DNA from: an uncultured Actinomycetes bacterium
GTDB lineage: Bacteria; Actinomycetota; Acidimicrobiia; IMCC26256; BP-133
Direction: 5' to 3'
Assembly (NCBI GenBank): GCA_963789165.1
Contig: CAWBJP010000003.1
Coordinates: 518,625-582,624 of the forward strand
DNA length: 64,000 nt
This document shows positions 43,772 through 53,024 of this stretch, piece by piece (the first letter of the stretch is position 1; each line of letters opens with the position of its first letter). Under the pieces are notes generated by a model. That model had not been told where the DNA came from. It was given only the letters and a program-made list of their open reading frames with translations, and made no database searches. The translations under genes were made by a program, and so were the position numbers.

Positions 43772-45328
43772 TTGGGAGAAAGCGAGGCGCGTCTGGTGCA
43801 ACGATTGGCGCGGATCATCGCCGCCGGCATCCCGGTGGTGGCCGTCACCGTGCTCGTCGTGCCCGCCGCCCACGCCGCGCCGGGCCTCCCTCCCGATCTC
43901 AAGGTCGAGAGCCGCACCGACCTCGCTCCCGGCGTCGAGCATCTCCGCCTCATCCGGGCGGAGCCGCCTCTGGTGGTCAACGTGGCCCGGATCGCCGCCG
44001 ACGCTCCCGTGACCCTACGGGCCGTCCTCTCCAACGAGCAGGTGGCGGGAAACGACCCCCTGCTGGAACGCACCAGCAGCATGTGCGCCCGGGTCAACTG
44101 CCTGGTGGCGCTCAACGGCGACTTCGCCGCCGTCGGATCGGACCAGCCCATCGGAGGGCTCATCACCGACGGTCAGCTCCTGCGCAGCCCGAGCGAGACC
44201 CACCACCAGCTCTCCGTCACCGGCGACGGGCACCTCAGCGCCGGTTCCTTCGAATGGTCGGGGAGCCTCGTCCCCACCGACCTGCGACCGCTGCGCCTCG
44301 ACGGCGTCAACGTGGCCCGGCCGGAGGGCAAGGTGGTGCTCTACACACCGGCCTTCGGGCCGACCACGGAGACCGGCGGGCCGGGGACCTCCCTCGTCCT
44401 GCGGTCGGTGCAGCCGGCCGGGCCGCTGCGCCTCGGACAGACCAGCGTGGTGGAACTCGTGTCCCTGGTAGAGGACGCCGCCCCGGTACCCATCCCGGCC
44501 GACGGCGCCGTCCTGTCCGCCTCGGGCGCGGCCGCCGGCGCCCTGCAGGACGTGTGGGCCCGGGTGCAGCAGGGAAACGCCGACTCCTGGGCCCTGCTCC
44601 GGATGGAGACCCCGGCCGGCGTGGTGGAGAGCCTGGGCGGGAGCCCGATCCTGCTCCGGGAGGGCAAGCGCTGGTTCGGCGAGGTCGACGACAACTTCAC
44701 TCGGGGCCGGCACCCCCGCACGCTGGTCGGGTGGAATCCCGCCGGCGAGACCTTCCTGGTCACGGTGGACGGCCGCCAGCCCGAATTGAGCGTGGGTATG
44801 ACGCTGGCCGAAGCCGCCGACCTGCTCCTGGCCCTGGGCGCCACCGATGGCATCAACATGGACGGGGGCGGCTCGACCACCTTCGTCACGAACGGGACGG
44901 TAGCCAACCACCCCAGCGACGTGGCCGTCCGGGGCGCCGGAGGGCCGCTCATCCGCCACACCGGCCAGGCGGGCGACAAGGTCCTCGGTCATGTGGAGCG
45001 GCCGGTGGCCAGTGCCCTGGCCGTGGTTCCGGCCAACGAAGTGGCCGTCCCCCGGGTCGATCCGCTGGCCCGTCCCAGCCTGGGGCTCCCCCAGGCGCTG
45101 GCGCTGCCCACCGTCTCCGCCACCGACCCCGGTTCGGTGCCCGATGGCAGCCTCCCGGCCCTGATCAGCGAGAGCCCGCCCGACCTGACCGACACGCTGC
45201 GGGTTTCAGCGGTGGCCGCCAACGTGGTGGTGGCCGTGTGCCTCTGGGTGGTGGCCAAACCCCGCCGAGGGGGACGAACCGGTGGCACCCCCCGTCATCG
45301 CCAAGAGAAGCCGGCGTTGGCCGGATGA
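43772..45328 (+). CDS. Phosphodiester glycosidase (NAGPA/DUF2233) family secreted protein with a C-terminal TM anchor
   Basis: Signal peptide IIAAGIPVVAVTVLVVPAAHA; the ...GATDGINMDGGGSTTFV motif; C-terminal VAANVVVAVCLWVVA. Confidence 0.75.
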   Translation: MGESEARLVQRLARIIAAGIPVVAVTVLVVPAAHAAPGLPPDLKVESRTDLAPGVEHLRLIRAEPPLVVNVARIAADAPVTLRAVLSNEQVAGNDPLLERTSSMCARVNCLVALNGDFAAVGSDQPIGGLITDGQLLRSPSETHHQLSVTGDGHLSAGSFEWSGSLVPTDLRPLRLDGVNVARPEGKVVLYTPAFGPTTETGGPGTSLVLRSVQPAGPLRLGQTSVVELVSLVEDAAPVPIPADGAVLSASGAAAGALQDVWARVQQGNADSWALLRMETPAGVVESLGGSPILLREGKRWFGEVDDNFTRGRHPRTLVGWNPAGETFLVTVDGRQPELSVGMTLAEAADLLLALGATDGINMDGGGSTTFVTNGTVANHPSDVAVRGAGGPLIRHTGQAGDKVLGHVERPVASALAVVPANEVAVPRVDPLARPSLGLPQALALPTVSATDPGSVPDGSLPALISESPPDLTDTLRVSAVAANVVVAVCLWVVAKPRRGGRTGGTPRHRQEKPALAG

Positions 45329-45351
45329 CCCCACCGTTGAGGAGACCTTCC

Positions 45352-45489
45352 ATGCCCCGTGACGCGCTCGAAGCCCGACTGCTGGCCACCGAGATCGCCC
45401 TCGATGCCCTTCTGGCCGAGATCGAGGAGCTCCACCAGCGCCTGGATGATCACGCCCGGGTCTGCCCCGTCGAGATCCAACTGCCGTAA
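45352..45489 (+). CDS. Possible 45-aa helical protein
   Basis: The ATG follows gaggag with 7-nt spacing. MPRDALEARLLATEIALDALLAEIEELHQRLDDH... Confidence 0.35.
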   Translation: MPRDALEARLLATEIALDALLAEIEELHQRLDDHARVCPVEIQLP

Positions 45490-45670
45490 AGCGCCCATCT
45501 CCGGACAGACCTCCCGTCACCGCCGTCATGGGCGGCGTGCCGGGGCGTTGGATGGGGCAGAAGCAACCAACGCAACCCCCGTACTGAGCCCCCGGTCCCC
45601 TCCCTACCGGGGGCTCAGTCGCGTGTGGGCATGTTGGCGGCCGGCACGGGCGTGTCATGCTGGCCCGCCG

Positions 45671-46654
45671 ATGGATCCACTGAGCCGCCGCCGTCTTCTC
45701 CAGGCCGGATTCGCCGCCACCTTCCTGCCGTCGCTGCTGGGCCGGCGCGCCGCCGGAGCTGCCGCTCCCTCCATCCATCCCCGGGCCGACTGGGGCGCCG
45801 ATCTCCCACCCCGCGGCCCGCTTGAGCCCGAACAGCCCGGAGACGTCCGCTTCCTCCTGGTGCACCACTCCGTCTCCGTCAACGACTACCCACCCGAGGC
45901 CGTGCCCGAGGAGCTGCGCAGCTTCTTCCGGCTCCACACGGCACCGGAGAAGGGCTGGGCCGACATCGCCTACAACTTCCTGGTCGATCGCTTCGGCGGC
46001 ATCTGGGAGGGCCGGGCCGGGAGCCTGGAGGCGCCGATCAGGGGCGACGCCACCGGCGGCAGTCAGGGCTTCGCCCTCCTGTGCTGCTTCATCGGCGATC
46101 ACCGCACGGCCGCACCCTCGCCTGAAGCTCAGGCATCGATGGTGTCCCTCCTGGCCTGGCTGGCCGAGCGCTACGGCGTCGACCCCCGCCCGGGGACGAC
46201 AACGACCTTCACCTCCCGCGGCTCCAACCGCTGGCCGTCAGGCACTCCGGTGACGACCACCACCATCGCCGGCCATCGGGACATGTCGAAGACGGTCTGC
46301 CCCGGCGACGCCGCCTACCACCTGGTCCGCAACGACTTCCCCGCCCGGGTCACCGCCGCCACGGGGACAGTTGCTGTGGAGCCAACGTCCTCAAGCACCT
46401 CCCCTCCCGAGACCAGCGCTGCGCCGACATCCTCCGCGCCGACCTCGACCGGCAGCACGCTCGCGGCGACAAGCACCACATCGCAAGCGTCGACGACCAT
46501 CCCCTCGACGGCTTCGACGTCCTCTCCCACCGAAGCCAGCGCTCCTCCGCGAGGCGCGCGCAGCAATCCATGGCCCCTTCCGCTGGGTGCAGCCGCAGCC
46601 ACGGTAGGCGTCGCTTTCGCCATTCGAAGACGTGGGAAGCGGACCGAAGAATAA
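45671..46654 (+). CDS. N-acetylmuramoyl-L-alanine amidase (Amidase_2/PGRP-like) with a TAT signal, Ser/Thr-rich linker and C-terminal TM
   Basis: MDPLSRRRLLQAGFAAT...; LLVHHSV...WADIAYNFLVDRFGGIWEGR...IAGHRDMSKTVCPGD. Confidence 0.8.
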   Translation: MDPLSRRRLLQAGFAATFLPSLLGRRAAGAAAPSIHPRADWGADLPPRGPLEPEQPGDVRFLLVHHSVSVNDYPPEAVPEELRSFFRLHTAPEKGWADIAYNFLVDRFGGIWEGRAGSLEAPIRGDATGGSQGFALLCCFIGDHRTAAPSPEAQASMVSLLAWLAERYGVDPRPGTTTTFTSRGSNRWPSGTPVTTTTIAGHRDMSKTVCPGDAAYHLVRNDFPARVTAATGTVAVEPTSSSTSPPETSAAPTSSAPTSTGSTLAATSTTSQASTTIPSTASTSSPTEASAPPRGARSNPWPLPLGAAAATVGVAFAIRRRGKRTEE

Positions 46655-46694
46655 ACACTTGTTCCCCGAACTGTCGTTCGTTACCCTGACCGCC

Positions 46695-47453
46695 ATGACA
46701 CGGTCAGCTGGGGAAGTTCAACGTGCTCGAGAACTCTTCGAGCAAGGCATTGCCATCGCAGAAGTCGCAAGACGGGCCGGCATCCCCCGCTCCACCGTCC
46801 GAGAGTGGATCAAGGATGGCTTCACGCACAAAAGGGGCCGAGGTAGACCTCTTGATGAGCGGTGCGATCCATGTCCAGCCGTCCTGAACCTCGAAGAGGA
46901 ACCCTACGCCTACCTGCTGGGGCTCTATCTCGGTGACGGCTGCATTTCTGCGTTACCGCGGACCTACAAGCTCCGAATCACATTGGACGAGAAATACCCG
47001 AACATCGTTAGCGAGTGCAAGGCAGCTATGGCCGCAGTGCTGCCGAATCGTGTCGGTAAGGCTCAGAAGATCGGGTGCGTTGAGATCATGAGCCATTCAC
47101 AGCACTGGCCATGCCTTTTCCCGCAACACGGGGCAGGCCGGAAGCATCTGCGGACAATCGCGCTCGAACCTTGGCAACAATGGATTGCGGTCGAGCGAAA
47201 TCCCAAGTCGCTTCTTCGAGGGCTTATTCACTCCGACGGTTGCCGAGCCATCAATACAATAAGGGCTCCGTACGGTACTTATTCGTATCCCAGGTATCAA
47301 TTCTCGAACCGCTCCGCAGAAATTCGAGCGATCTTCACACTAGCCTGCGGTCGAGCCGGAATTGAGTGCCGTCCGAGCAATGCTTGGACGGTCTCGGTCT
47401 CGAAAATGTCTGAGGTCGCACGAATGGACGAATTTATCGGACCGAAGACTTGA
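46695..47453 (+). CDS. HTH + double LAGLIDADG-motif (homing-endonuclease-like) protein
   Basis: N-terminal HTH (IAIAEVARRAGIPRSTVREWIK). Two LAGLIDADG-type motifs (YLLGLYLGDGCIS and LLRGLIHSDGCRA). Noticeably lower GC (a hand-counted line gives 52%). Confidence 0.7.
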   Translation: MTRSAGEVQRARELFEQGIAIAEVARRAGIPRSTVREWIKDGFTHKRGRGRPLDERCDPCPAVLNLEEEPYAYLLGLYLGDGCISALPRTYKLRITLDEKYPNIVSECKAAMAAVLPNRVGKAQKIGCVEIMSHSQHWPCLFPQHGAGRKHLRTIALEPWQQWIAVERNPKSLLRGLIHSDGCRAINTIRAPYGTYSYPRYQFSNRSAEIRAIFTLACGRAGIECRPSNAWTVSVSKMSEVARMDEFIGPKT

Positions 47454-47457
47454 ATTG

Positions 47458-47540
47458 TGCCCGGAGTGGGATTCGAACCCACACGCCCTTTCGGACAATG
47501 GATTTTGAATCCATCATGTCTTCCCTTCCATCACCCGGGC
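47458..47540 (-). tRNA. tRNA-Leu (anticodon CAA), class II with a long variable arm
   Basis: Reverse complement GCCCGGG...ATGGA-TTCAAAA-TCCAT...GTGGG-TTCGAAT-CCCAC-TCCGGGC-A (83 nt). Confidence 0.9.
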
Positions 47541-47596
47541 ATAGTTGCTATTTCGTAGGCGATGCTTAAACGAATAGCCAACTCCGTCGGACGATT

Positions 47597-48379
47597 CTAC
47601 CGGCTCGGCGCCCGCCCTTTGCCGCTGGCGGCCCAGGCGTTCCGGAGGGTGCGCTCGAAGCTGTAGGCGACCAGGGACGTGGCGGCCTGGACGAGGAGGC
47701 TGAAGGCGGCCTCGCCCCGGCCCTCCTCCTCGCTCGGGTCCAGCCCGGCGGCCTGGAGGGGCTCACCCACGTACTTGGTGTAGAGCTCCACCGCACCCGC
47801 CGCCACCTGCTGCATGGCCGCGATCTGGATGGTGGCCAGGCGCATGAACTCCTCCATGGGCAGGCCCACGCCGAGGAGGCTCAGGAGCATCCGCACCGCC
47901 CGGACGTCGGCCGCCGTGTAATAGGCGCCTTCGTCACCCTTCCGGGGCCGGACCACCCCCGAACCCTCGAGTGACCGGAGGACGGCCAGCGGGACCCGGG
48001 TGCGGTCGGCCAGCTCGTGGAGGTCGAGGTGTTCGTCGTCCCCGACGGGCGGAACCGCGGCCAGCGCCCGCGACGCCCGCGAGTCCTCCCCCAGGCGAGA
48101 CCGCTCCCGGTCGGCCAGGAGGCCGGAGATGGCCTTGAGCGAGTAGCCCTTCTCTTTCAGAGTGGCGATTTCCCGCAGCCGCTCCAGGTGCCGCTCCCCG
48201 TAGAGCGCCACGCGGCCCTCCCGGCGGGGGCCATCGAGCAGCCCTTTCGACTGGTACGACCGGACCAGCTCCACGCTGATTCCAGCTGCCGCCGCCAGCT
48301 CCGCCACCCGGTAGGCCAAGGCGCTCCCCTGAAGCGTGTTCCCCGCAAAGTTCGATGAACCGTAACACAACGTTGTCAA
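47597..48379 (-). CDS. MerR-family transcriptional regulator with two HTH_MerR-like modules
   Basis: YRVAELAAAAGISVELVRSYQSKGLL...LYGERHLERLREIATLKEKGYSL and a second LHELADRTRVPLAVLRSLEGSGVV...YYTAADVRAVRML. The start is uncertain (TTG 48379 is the upstream limit). Confidence 0.8.
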   Translation of the reverse strand: MTTLCYGSSNFAGNTLQGSALAYRVAELAAAAGISVELVRSYQSKGLLDGPRREGRVALYGERHLERLREIATLKEKGYSLKAISGLLADRERSRLGEDSRASRALAAVPPVGDDEHLDLHELADRTRVPLAVLRSLEGSGVVRPRKGDEGAYYTAADVRAVRMLLSLLGVGLPMEEFMRLATIQIAAMQQVAAGAVELYTKYVGEPLQAAGLDPSEEEGRGEAAFSLLVQAATSLVAYSFERTLRNAWAASGKGRAPSR

Positions 48380-48508
48380 ACCATTGGAGGCGGGTATGTA
48401 ACGCTGTTACCTGGCCGGAGGTCAGACCCCCGAATAGCGCCCTGGGCTCAACGATGCGTCCGGTGGGCACCAAAAGCAGGCTCGAGGTGGGTGGAGGCGA
48501 GCAGGCGC

Positions 48509-49426
48509 GTGGGCGTAGCGGTGATGTTCCCCGGACAGGGGAGCCAAGGAGCAGCCATGGGCGTCCCGTGGCGCGACCACCCGGCCTGGTCCGTGGTGGT
48601 CCGGGCCGAGGCCGCCCTGGGCGAGCCCCTCGCCCCCCTCCTCCTGGCCGAGTCTGCCGAGGACCTGACCCGCACCCGGGACGTCCAGCTGGCCGTGCTC
48701 CTCACCTCACTGGTGACCTGGGAGGCCGTTCGGGACGTGCTTCCCCCTCCGCTCGCCTTCGCCGGTCACTCCCTCGGGCAGGTGACCGCCCTCATCGCCG
48801 CCGGCGCCCTCACGCTCGAGGACGGCGTCCGCCTCGCCGCCCGGCGGGCCGAGCTCACCCAGGCCGCCGCCGACCATCACGAGGGGCGGATGGTCGCCCT
48901 CATGGGCGCCGACCCCGAGCAGGTGGCCGAGGCGTGCGCCGCGGCCCAGGGTGAATGCTGGCTGGCCAACGACAACGCTCCGGGCCAGATCGTCATCGCG
49001 GGCACCGCCTCCGGAGTGCAGCTGGCGGCCAAGGCCGCCAGCGAAGCCGGCGTGCGTCGGGTCGTCCCGCTGCCGGTGGGCGGCGCCTTTCACACCCCGC
49101 TCATGCAGGATGCGGCCGACGAGCTCGCCGGCGTCCTGGCCGAGGTCGACTTCGCCGCCCCCTCGGCCCCGGTGGTATCCAACGCCGACGCGGTTCCCTA
49201 CACCGACGGCGACGGCTGGCGCACCCGCCTGGTCGAGCATCTGGTCTCCCCCGTCCGCTGGCGGCCGTCGATGACGACGCTCGTCTCCGAACTCTCGGCC
49301 GGCACGCTCGTCGAGCTCGGCTACGGGTCGACGCTTTCCGGGCTGGCCAAGCGTTGCGTCCCCGGTACCCCTCTCTCCACCATCGGCTCCCCCGCCGATA
49401 TCCCCCCTGCCCCGGAGGTTGTCTGA
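48509..49426 (+). CDS. fabD: Malonyl-CoA:ACP transacylase
   Basis: VAVMFPGQGSQGAAMG and the active-site GHSLGQVTAL. Alternative start at 48491. Confidence 0.9.
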   Translation: MGVAVMFPGQGSQGAAMGVPWRDHPAWSVVVRAEAALGEPLAPLLLAESAEDLTRTRDVQLAVLLTSLVTWEAVRDVLPPPLAFAGHSLGQVTALIAAGALTLEDGVRLAARRAELTQAAADHHEGRMVALMGADPEQVAEACAAAQGECWLANDNAPGQIVIAGTASGVQLAAKAASEAGVRRVVPLPVGGAFHTPLMQDAADELAGVLAEVDFAAPSAPVVSNADAVPYTDGDGWRTRLVEHLVSPVRWRPSMTTLVSELSAGTLVELGYGSTLSGLAKRCVPGTPLSTIGSPADIPPAPEVV

Positions 49427-49693
49427 ATGGATAGTGCCCCGCTCCATGGCGAGATCCTCGCCGTTCCTGAACGGGTCATCGTGGCCCCCGCGGTCGGGGT
49501 CTTCCGGCCGCTGGAGCATCCCGACGGGGAGGAAACCGTCATCGCCGCCGGCGAGGCCATCGGTGTGGTCGAAGGCCCGGGTGCATCCACCCCGGTGCGC
49601 AGCCCCTTCCCCGGCGCCCTCATCGGGATGCTGGCCCGGGCCGGCGAGCGGGTCCGCGAAGGACAGCCCGTGGCCTGGCTGCGCCTGACGTGA
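49427..49693 (+). CDS. Biotinyl/lipoyl-domain-like protein lacking any lysine
   Basis: GEAIGVVEGPGASTPVRSPFPGALIGMLARAGERVREGQPVAWL has BCCP-like hammerhead topology, but EGPG replaces EAMK and the 88-aa sequence contains no Lys. The ATG directly follows the fabD stop, and its own stop overlaps the fabH GTG. Confidence 0.5.
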   Translation: MDSAPLHGEILAVPERVIVAPAVGVFRPLEHPDGEETVIAAGEAIGVVEGPGASTPVRSPFPGALIGMLARAGERVREGQPVAWLRLT

Positions 49694-50718
49694 TCCGAGC
49701 GGCCATCGCCGGCTGGGGTCTCGGTCTCCCCGAGGGACGCCTGACCAACGCCGACCTGGAGGCACGGGGCATCGGCACCAACGACGACTGGATCTTCGAA
49801 CGCACCGGTATCCGGGAGCGGCGCATGTGCGGCCCGGGGGAGACCACCTCCACGATGGCCATCGCCGCCGGGAACGCGGCCATCAAATCGGCGGGGATCA
49901 CGCCGAGCGACCTGTCCATGGTGATCGTGGCCACCTGCACCCCCGACCAGACAGTCCCTGAGACCTCGGCCTACGTGGCGGACGGGCTCGGAATCCGCTG
50001 CGGGGCCTTCGACGTCGGCGCCGCCTGCGCCGGGTTCTGCTACGGCCTCGTGGTCGCCGGCGGCATCATCACCTCGACCCCGGACGTCGGGCCGCTCCTC
50101 CTCGTGGGCGCGGAGAACCTGACCAGGGTCGTCGATCCCGCCGAGCGCTCGGTGTCGATCCTCTTCGGCGACGGCGCCGCGGCCGTCGTGCTGGTGCCGT
50201 CCGACGCCGGGCCCGACGGACCCGGCCTGCTCTCCTGGGACATGGGATCCGACGGGTCGGCCGCCTCCCTCATCGAGATCCGGGCGGGTGGAACCCGCCT
50301 TCCCACCACGGCCGAAACGGTGGCGTCCGGCGCCCACTGGTTGACCATGGAGGGCCAGGAAGTGTTCCGCCGGGCTGTGCGCGTGGTGGTCGATTCCTGC
50401 CACACCGCCCTGGCCCGGGCCGGCTGCTCCATCAGCGACATCGACTGGTTCATCCCCCATCAGGCCAACGCCCGCATCGTGTCCTCCGCCGCCGGTCGCC
50501 TGAAGATCCCGCCGGAACGCTGCGTGGTGAACATCGACCGCTTCGGCAACACCTCGGCCGCCTCGGTCCCCATCGCGCTGGCCGAAGCGGCCGACGACGG
50601 ACGCCTGAAGGACGGCGACCTCCTGCTGCTGTCCGGCTTCGGGGCCGGGATGACCTGGTCCAGCATGGTGGTGCGGTGGGGGCGGCCCGGAGGGCCCGCC
50701 GCGGGAGGCACGCCGTGA
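49690..50718 (+). CDS. fabH: Beta-ketoacyl-ACP synthase III
   Basis: NDDWIFERTGIRERR..., active-site context FDVGAACAGFCYGL, C-terminal HQANARI...GNTSAASVP. Confidence 0.9.
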   Translation: MIRAAIAGWGLGLPEGRLTNADLEARGIGTNDDWIFERTGIRERRMCGPGETTSTMAIAAGNAAIKSAGITPSDLSMVIVATCTPDQTVPETSAYVADGLGIRCGAFDVGAACAGFCYGLVVAGGIITSTPDVGPLLLVGAENLTRVVDPAERSVSILFGDGAAAVVLVPSDAGPDGPGLLSWDMGSDGSAASLIEIRAGGTRLPTTAETVASGAHWLTMEGQEVFRRAVRVVVDSCHTALARAGCSISDIDWFIPHQANARIVSSAAGRLKIPPERCVVNIDRFGNTSAASVPIALAEAADDGRLKDGDLLLLSGFGAGMTWSSMVVRWGRPGGPAAGGTP

Positions 50719-51470
50719 CGCCCGGGACCGACCGGCGGGTGGCCCTGGTGACGGGGGGCTCCCGGGGCATCGGGCGGGCCACCGTCCTGGCCCTGGCCGG
50801 CGCCGACCTGCGGGTGGCGCTGTGTTACCGCGCCGACGCCGACGGCGCGGCGGAGACGGTCGCCGCCGTGCGCGACCAGGGAGGCGAAGCGCTGGCCGTG
50901 GCCGCCGACGTGGCCGATCCCGGCGCCCTCGATGTGGCCTTCAAGGAGATCGAGGCCACCTTCGGTCCGGTGCAGGTCCTGGTCAACAACGCCGGGGTGA
51001 CCCGCGACGGGTTGCTGCTGCGCATGGGTGACGACGCCTGGGCCGACGTGCTGCGCACCAACCTCGACGGCGCCTTCTACGCCATCCGCCGGGCCGCCCC
51101 GGCCATGGTGCGGGGCCGGTTCGGACGCATCGTGAACATCGGCTCGGCCGCCGGTCTCACTGGCTCGGCCGGTCAGGTGAACTACGCCGCGGCCAAGGCC
51201 GGTTTGGTGGGCCTGACCCGTTCCGTGGCCCGGGAGCTGGCCTCCCGCAACGTCACCGCCAACCTGGTGGCGCCCGGCCCCATCGCCACGGCCATGCTCG
51301 ACGGCGTGTCGGACGAGCGCCAGGCCGAACTGGCCAAGCTCACCCCGCTGGGGCGCCTCGGCACCCCCGAGGACGTGGCCGCCGCCGTGGCTTTCCTGTG
51401 CTCCGAGGCCGCCGGCTACATCACCGGCGCCATCCTTGCCGTCGACGGCGGCCTCTCCATGGGACACTGA
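50715..51470 (+). CDS. fabG: 3-oxoacyl-ACP reductase (SDR)
   Basis: The GTG overlaps the fabH stop. VALVTGGSRGIGRA, NNAGV, and the YAAAKAG catalytic YxxxK. Confidence 0.9.
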   Translation: MTPGTDRRVALVTGGSRGIGRATVLALAGADLRVALCYRADADGAAETVAAVRDQGGEALAVAADVADPGALDVAFKEIEATFGPVQVLVNNAGVTRDGLLLRMGDDAWADVLRTNLDGAFYAIRRAAPAMVRGRFGRIVNIGSAAGLTGSAGQVNYAAAKAGLVGLTRSVARELASRNVTANLVAPGPIATAMLDGVSDERQAELAKLTPLGRLGTPEDVAAAVAFLCSEAAGYITGAILAVDGGLSMGH

Positions 51471-51505
51471 CCGACCTCATTCACCAGACCAAAGGAGACA
51501 CACAC

Positions 51506-51757
51506 ATGGACCGCACGGAGGCGTTCGTCATCCTCAAGGAGGCGGCGGTGGAGGTACTCGCCGTCGACCCCTCGGCCGTCACCGAAGAAGCCCGGTTCAA
51601 GGAGGACCTCGACGCCGACAGCCTCGACCTGGTCGAGTTCGTCATGGCCCTCGAGGAGCGCTTCGACATCTCCGTGCCGGAAGAGGACCTGGAGGGGATC
51701 GAGACGGTCGGAGCCGCCCTTACCCTCGTGCTCGGCAAGCTGGGCGCGCACGCATGA
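51506..51757 (+). CDS. acpP: Acyl carrier protein
   Basis: The ATG follows aaaggaga. FKEDLDADSLDLVEFVMALEERF contains the DSL phosphopantetheine site. Confidence 0.9.
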   Translation: MDRTEAFVILKEAAVEVLAVDPSAVTEEARFKEDLDADSLDLVEFVMALEERFDISVPEEDLEGIETVGAALTLVLGKLGAHA

Positions 51758-53019
51758 GCGAAACGGACCACCGGGGGCGCCCCCGGGTGGCCGTCACCGG
51801 CGTCGGGGTGAAGTCCCCGGCGGGCTGTGACGTGGCGACGTTCTGGGACACCGTCCTGGCCGGCCGCCCCACCGCCGGGCCCATCACCAACTTCGACGCC
51901 TCTGAGATGCCGGTCCGCTTCGCCTGCGAGGTGAAGGACTTCGACGCCGTCGCCTACCTGGGGCCCAAGGAGGTCCGGCGGGTGGACCGCGTGGCCCAAC
52001 TGGGCTTCGCCGCGGCCATCGACGCCCTGCGCGACTCCGGCGATCCCGCGGCCGACCCGGCCCGCAGCGCGGTGGTGTCAGGGACGGGGATCGGCGGCCT
52101 CGGAACCATGGAAGCCCAGATCCAGGTGCTCAACGAACGGGGGGCCCTGCGGGTGACCCCGTTCCTGGTCCCGATGATGATGCCCAACGCCACCCCGGCC
52201 ATGATCGCCATGGAGCTGGGCTGGACCGGTCCGAACCTGTGCGTGGCCACGGCGTGCGCGGCCAGTACGCACGCCATCGGCGAGGCAGCGCGGCTCATCC
52301 GCGACGGCACCACGGACGTGGTGCTGGCGGGTGGGACCGAAGCCGTCATCGTGCCCGTGGCGGTGGCCGCGTTCTCCCGCATGGGGGCACTGTCCGGCCG
52401 CCACGACGACCCGGAGCGGGCCTCGCGGCCCTTCGACGTCGACCGGGACGGCTTCGTCATGGGGGAAGGTGGCGCTTTCCTGGTGCTGGAACGCCTCGAC
52501 CGGGCCCGGTCCCGCGGCGCCCACATCTACGGCGAGGTCGTCGGCTACGGCCGCAACGCCGACGCCTACCACATCACCGCGCCGTCGCCCGGCGGGGCGG
52601 GGGCGGCGGCCTGCATGCAGCTGGCGCTCGACGATGCCGGCCTCGAACCGGCGGCCATCGCCCACATCAACGCCCACGGGACGTCCACCCCGCTGAACGA
52701 CGCGTCCGAGTCGGAGGCGATCGTGAAGGTGTTCGGCGAGACGCCGCCGCCCGTCACCTCGCTGAAGGGCGTCACCGGCCACCTCATCGGGGCGGCCGGC
52801 GGGGTCGAGGCCGTGGCCTGCATGCTCTCGCTCCGGCACGGGAAGGTGCCGCCCACCGCCAACCACGAGCGCACCGATCCCGACATCACCATCGACGTGG
52901 TGGCCGGCTCACCCCGCGACCTGATCGGCCCGATCGTGTCCAACTCCTTCGGTTTCGGCGGGCACAACGCCACCCTCGTCTTCGCCCCGACCTCCGGGGA
53001 ACCCGAGGGAGACGGATAG
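51754..53019 (+). CDS. fabF: Beta-ketoacyl-ACP synthase II (KasA/FabF type)
   Basis: ATGA overlap with the acpP stop. RVAVTGVGVKSP..., active-site ATACAAST, NAHGTSTPLND, SFGFGGHNATLVF. Confidence 0.92.
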   Translation: MSETDHRGRPRVAVTGVGVKSPAGCDVATFWDTVLAGRPTAGPITNFDASEMPVRFACEVKDFDAVAYLGPKEVRRVDRVAQLGFAAAIDALRDSGDPAADPARSAVVSGTGIGGLGTMEAQIQVLNERGALRVTPFLVPMMMPNATPAMIAMELGWTGPNLCVATACAASTHAIGEAARLIRDGTTDVVLAGGTEAVIVPVAVAAFSRMGALSGRHDDPERASRPFDVDRDGFVMGEGGAFLVLERLDRARSRGAHIYGEVVGYGRNADAYHITAPSPGGAGAAACMQLALDDAGLEPAAIAHINAHGTSTPLNDASESEAIVKVFGETPPPVTSLKGVTGHLIGAAGGVEAVACMLSLRHGKVPPTANHERTDPDITIDVVAGSPRDLIGPIVSNSFGFGGHNATLVFAPTSGEPEGDG

Positions 53020-53024
53020 CCAGG

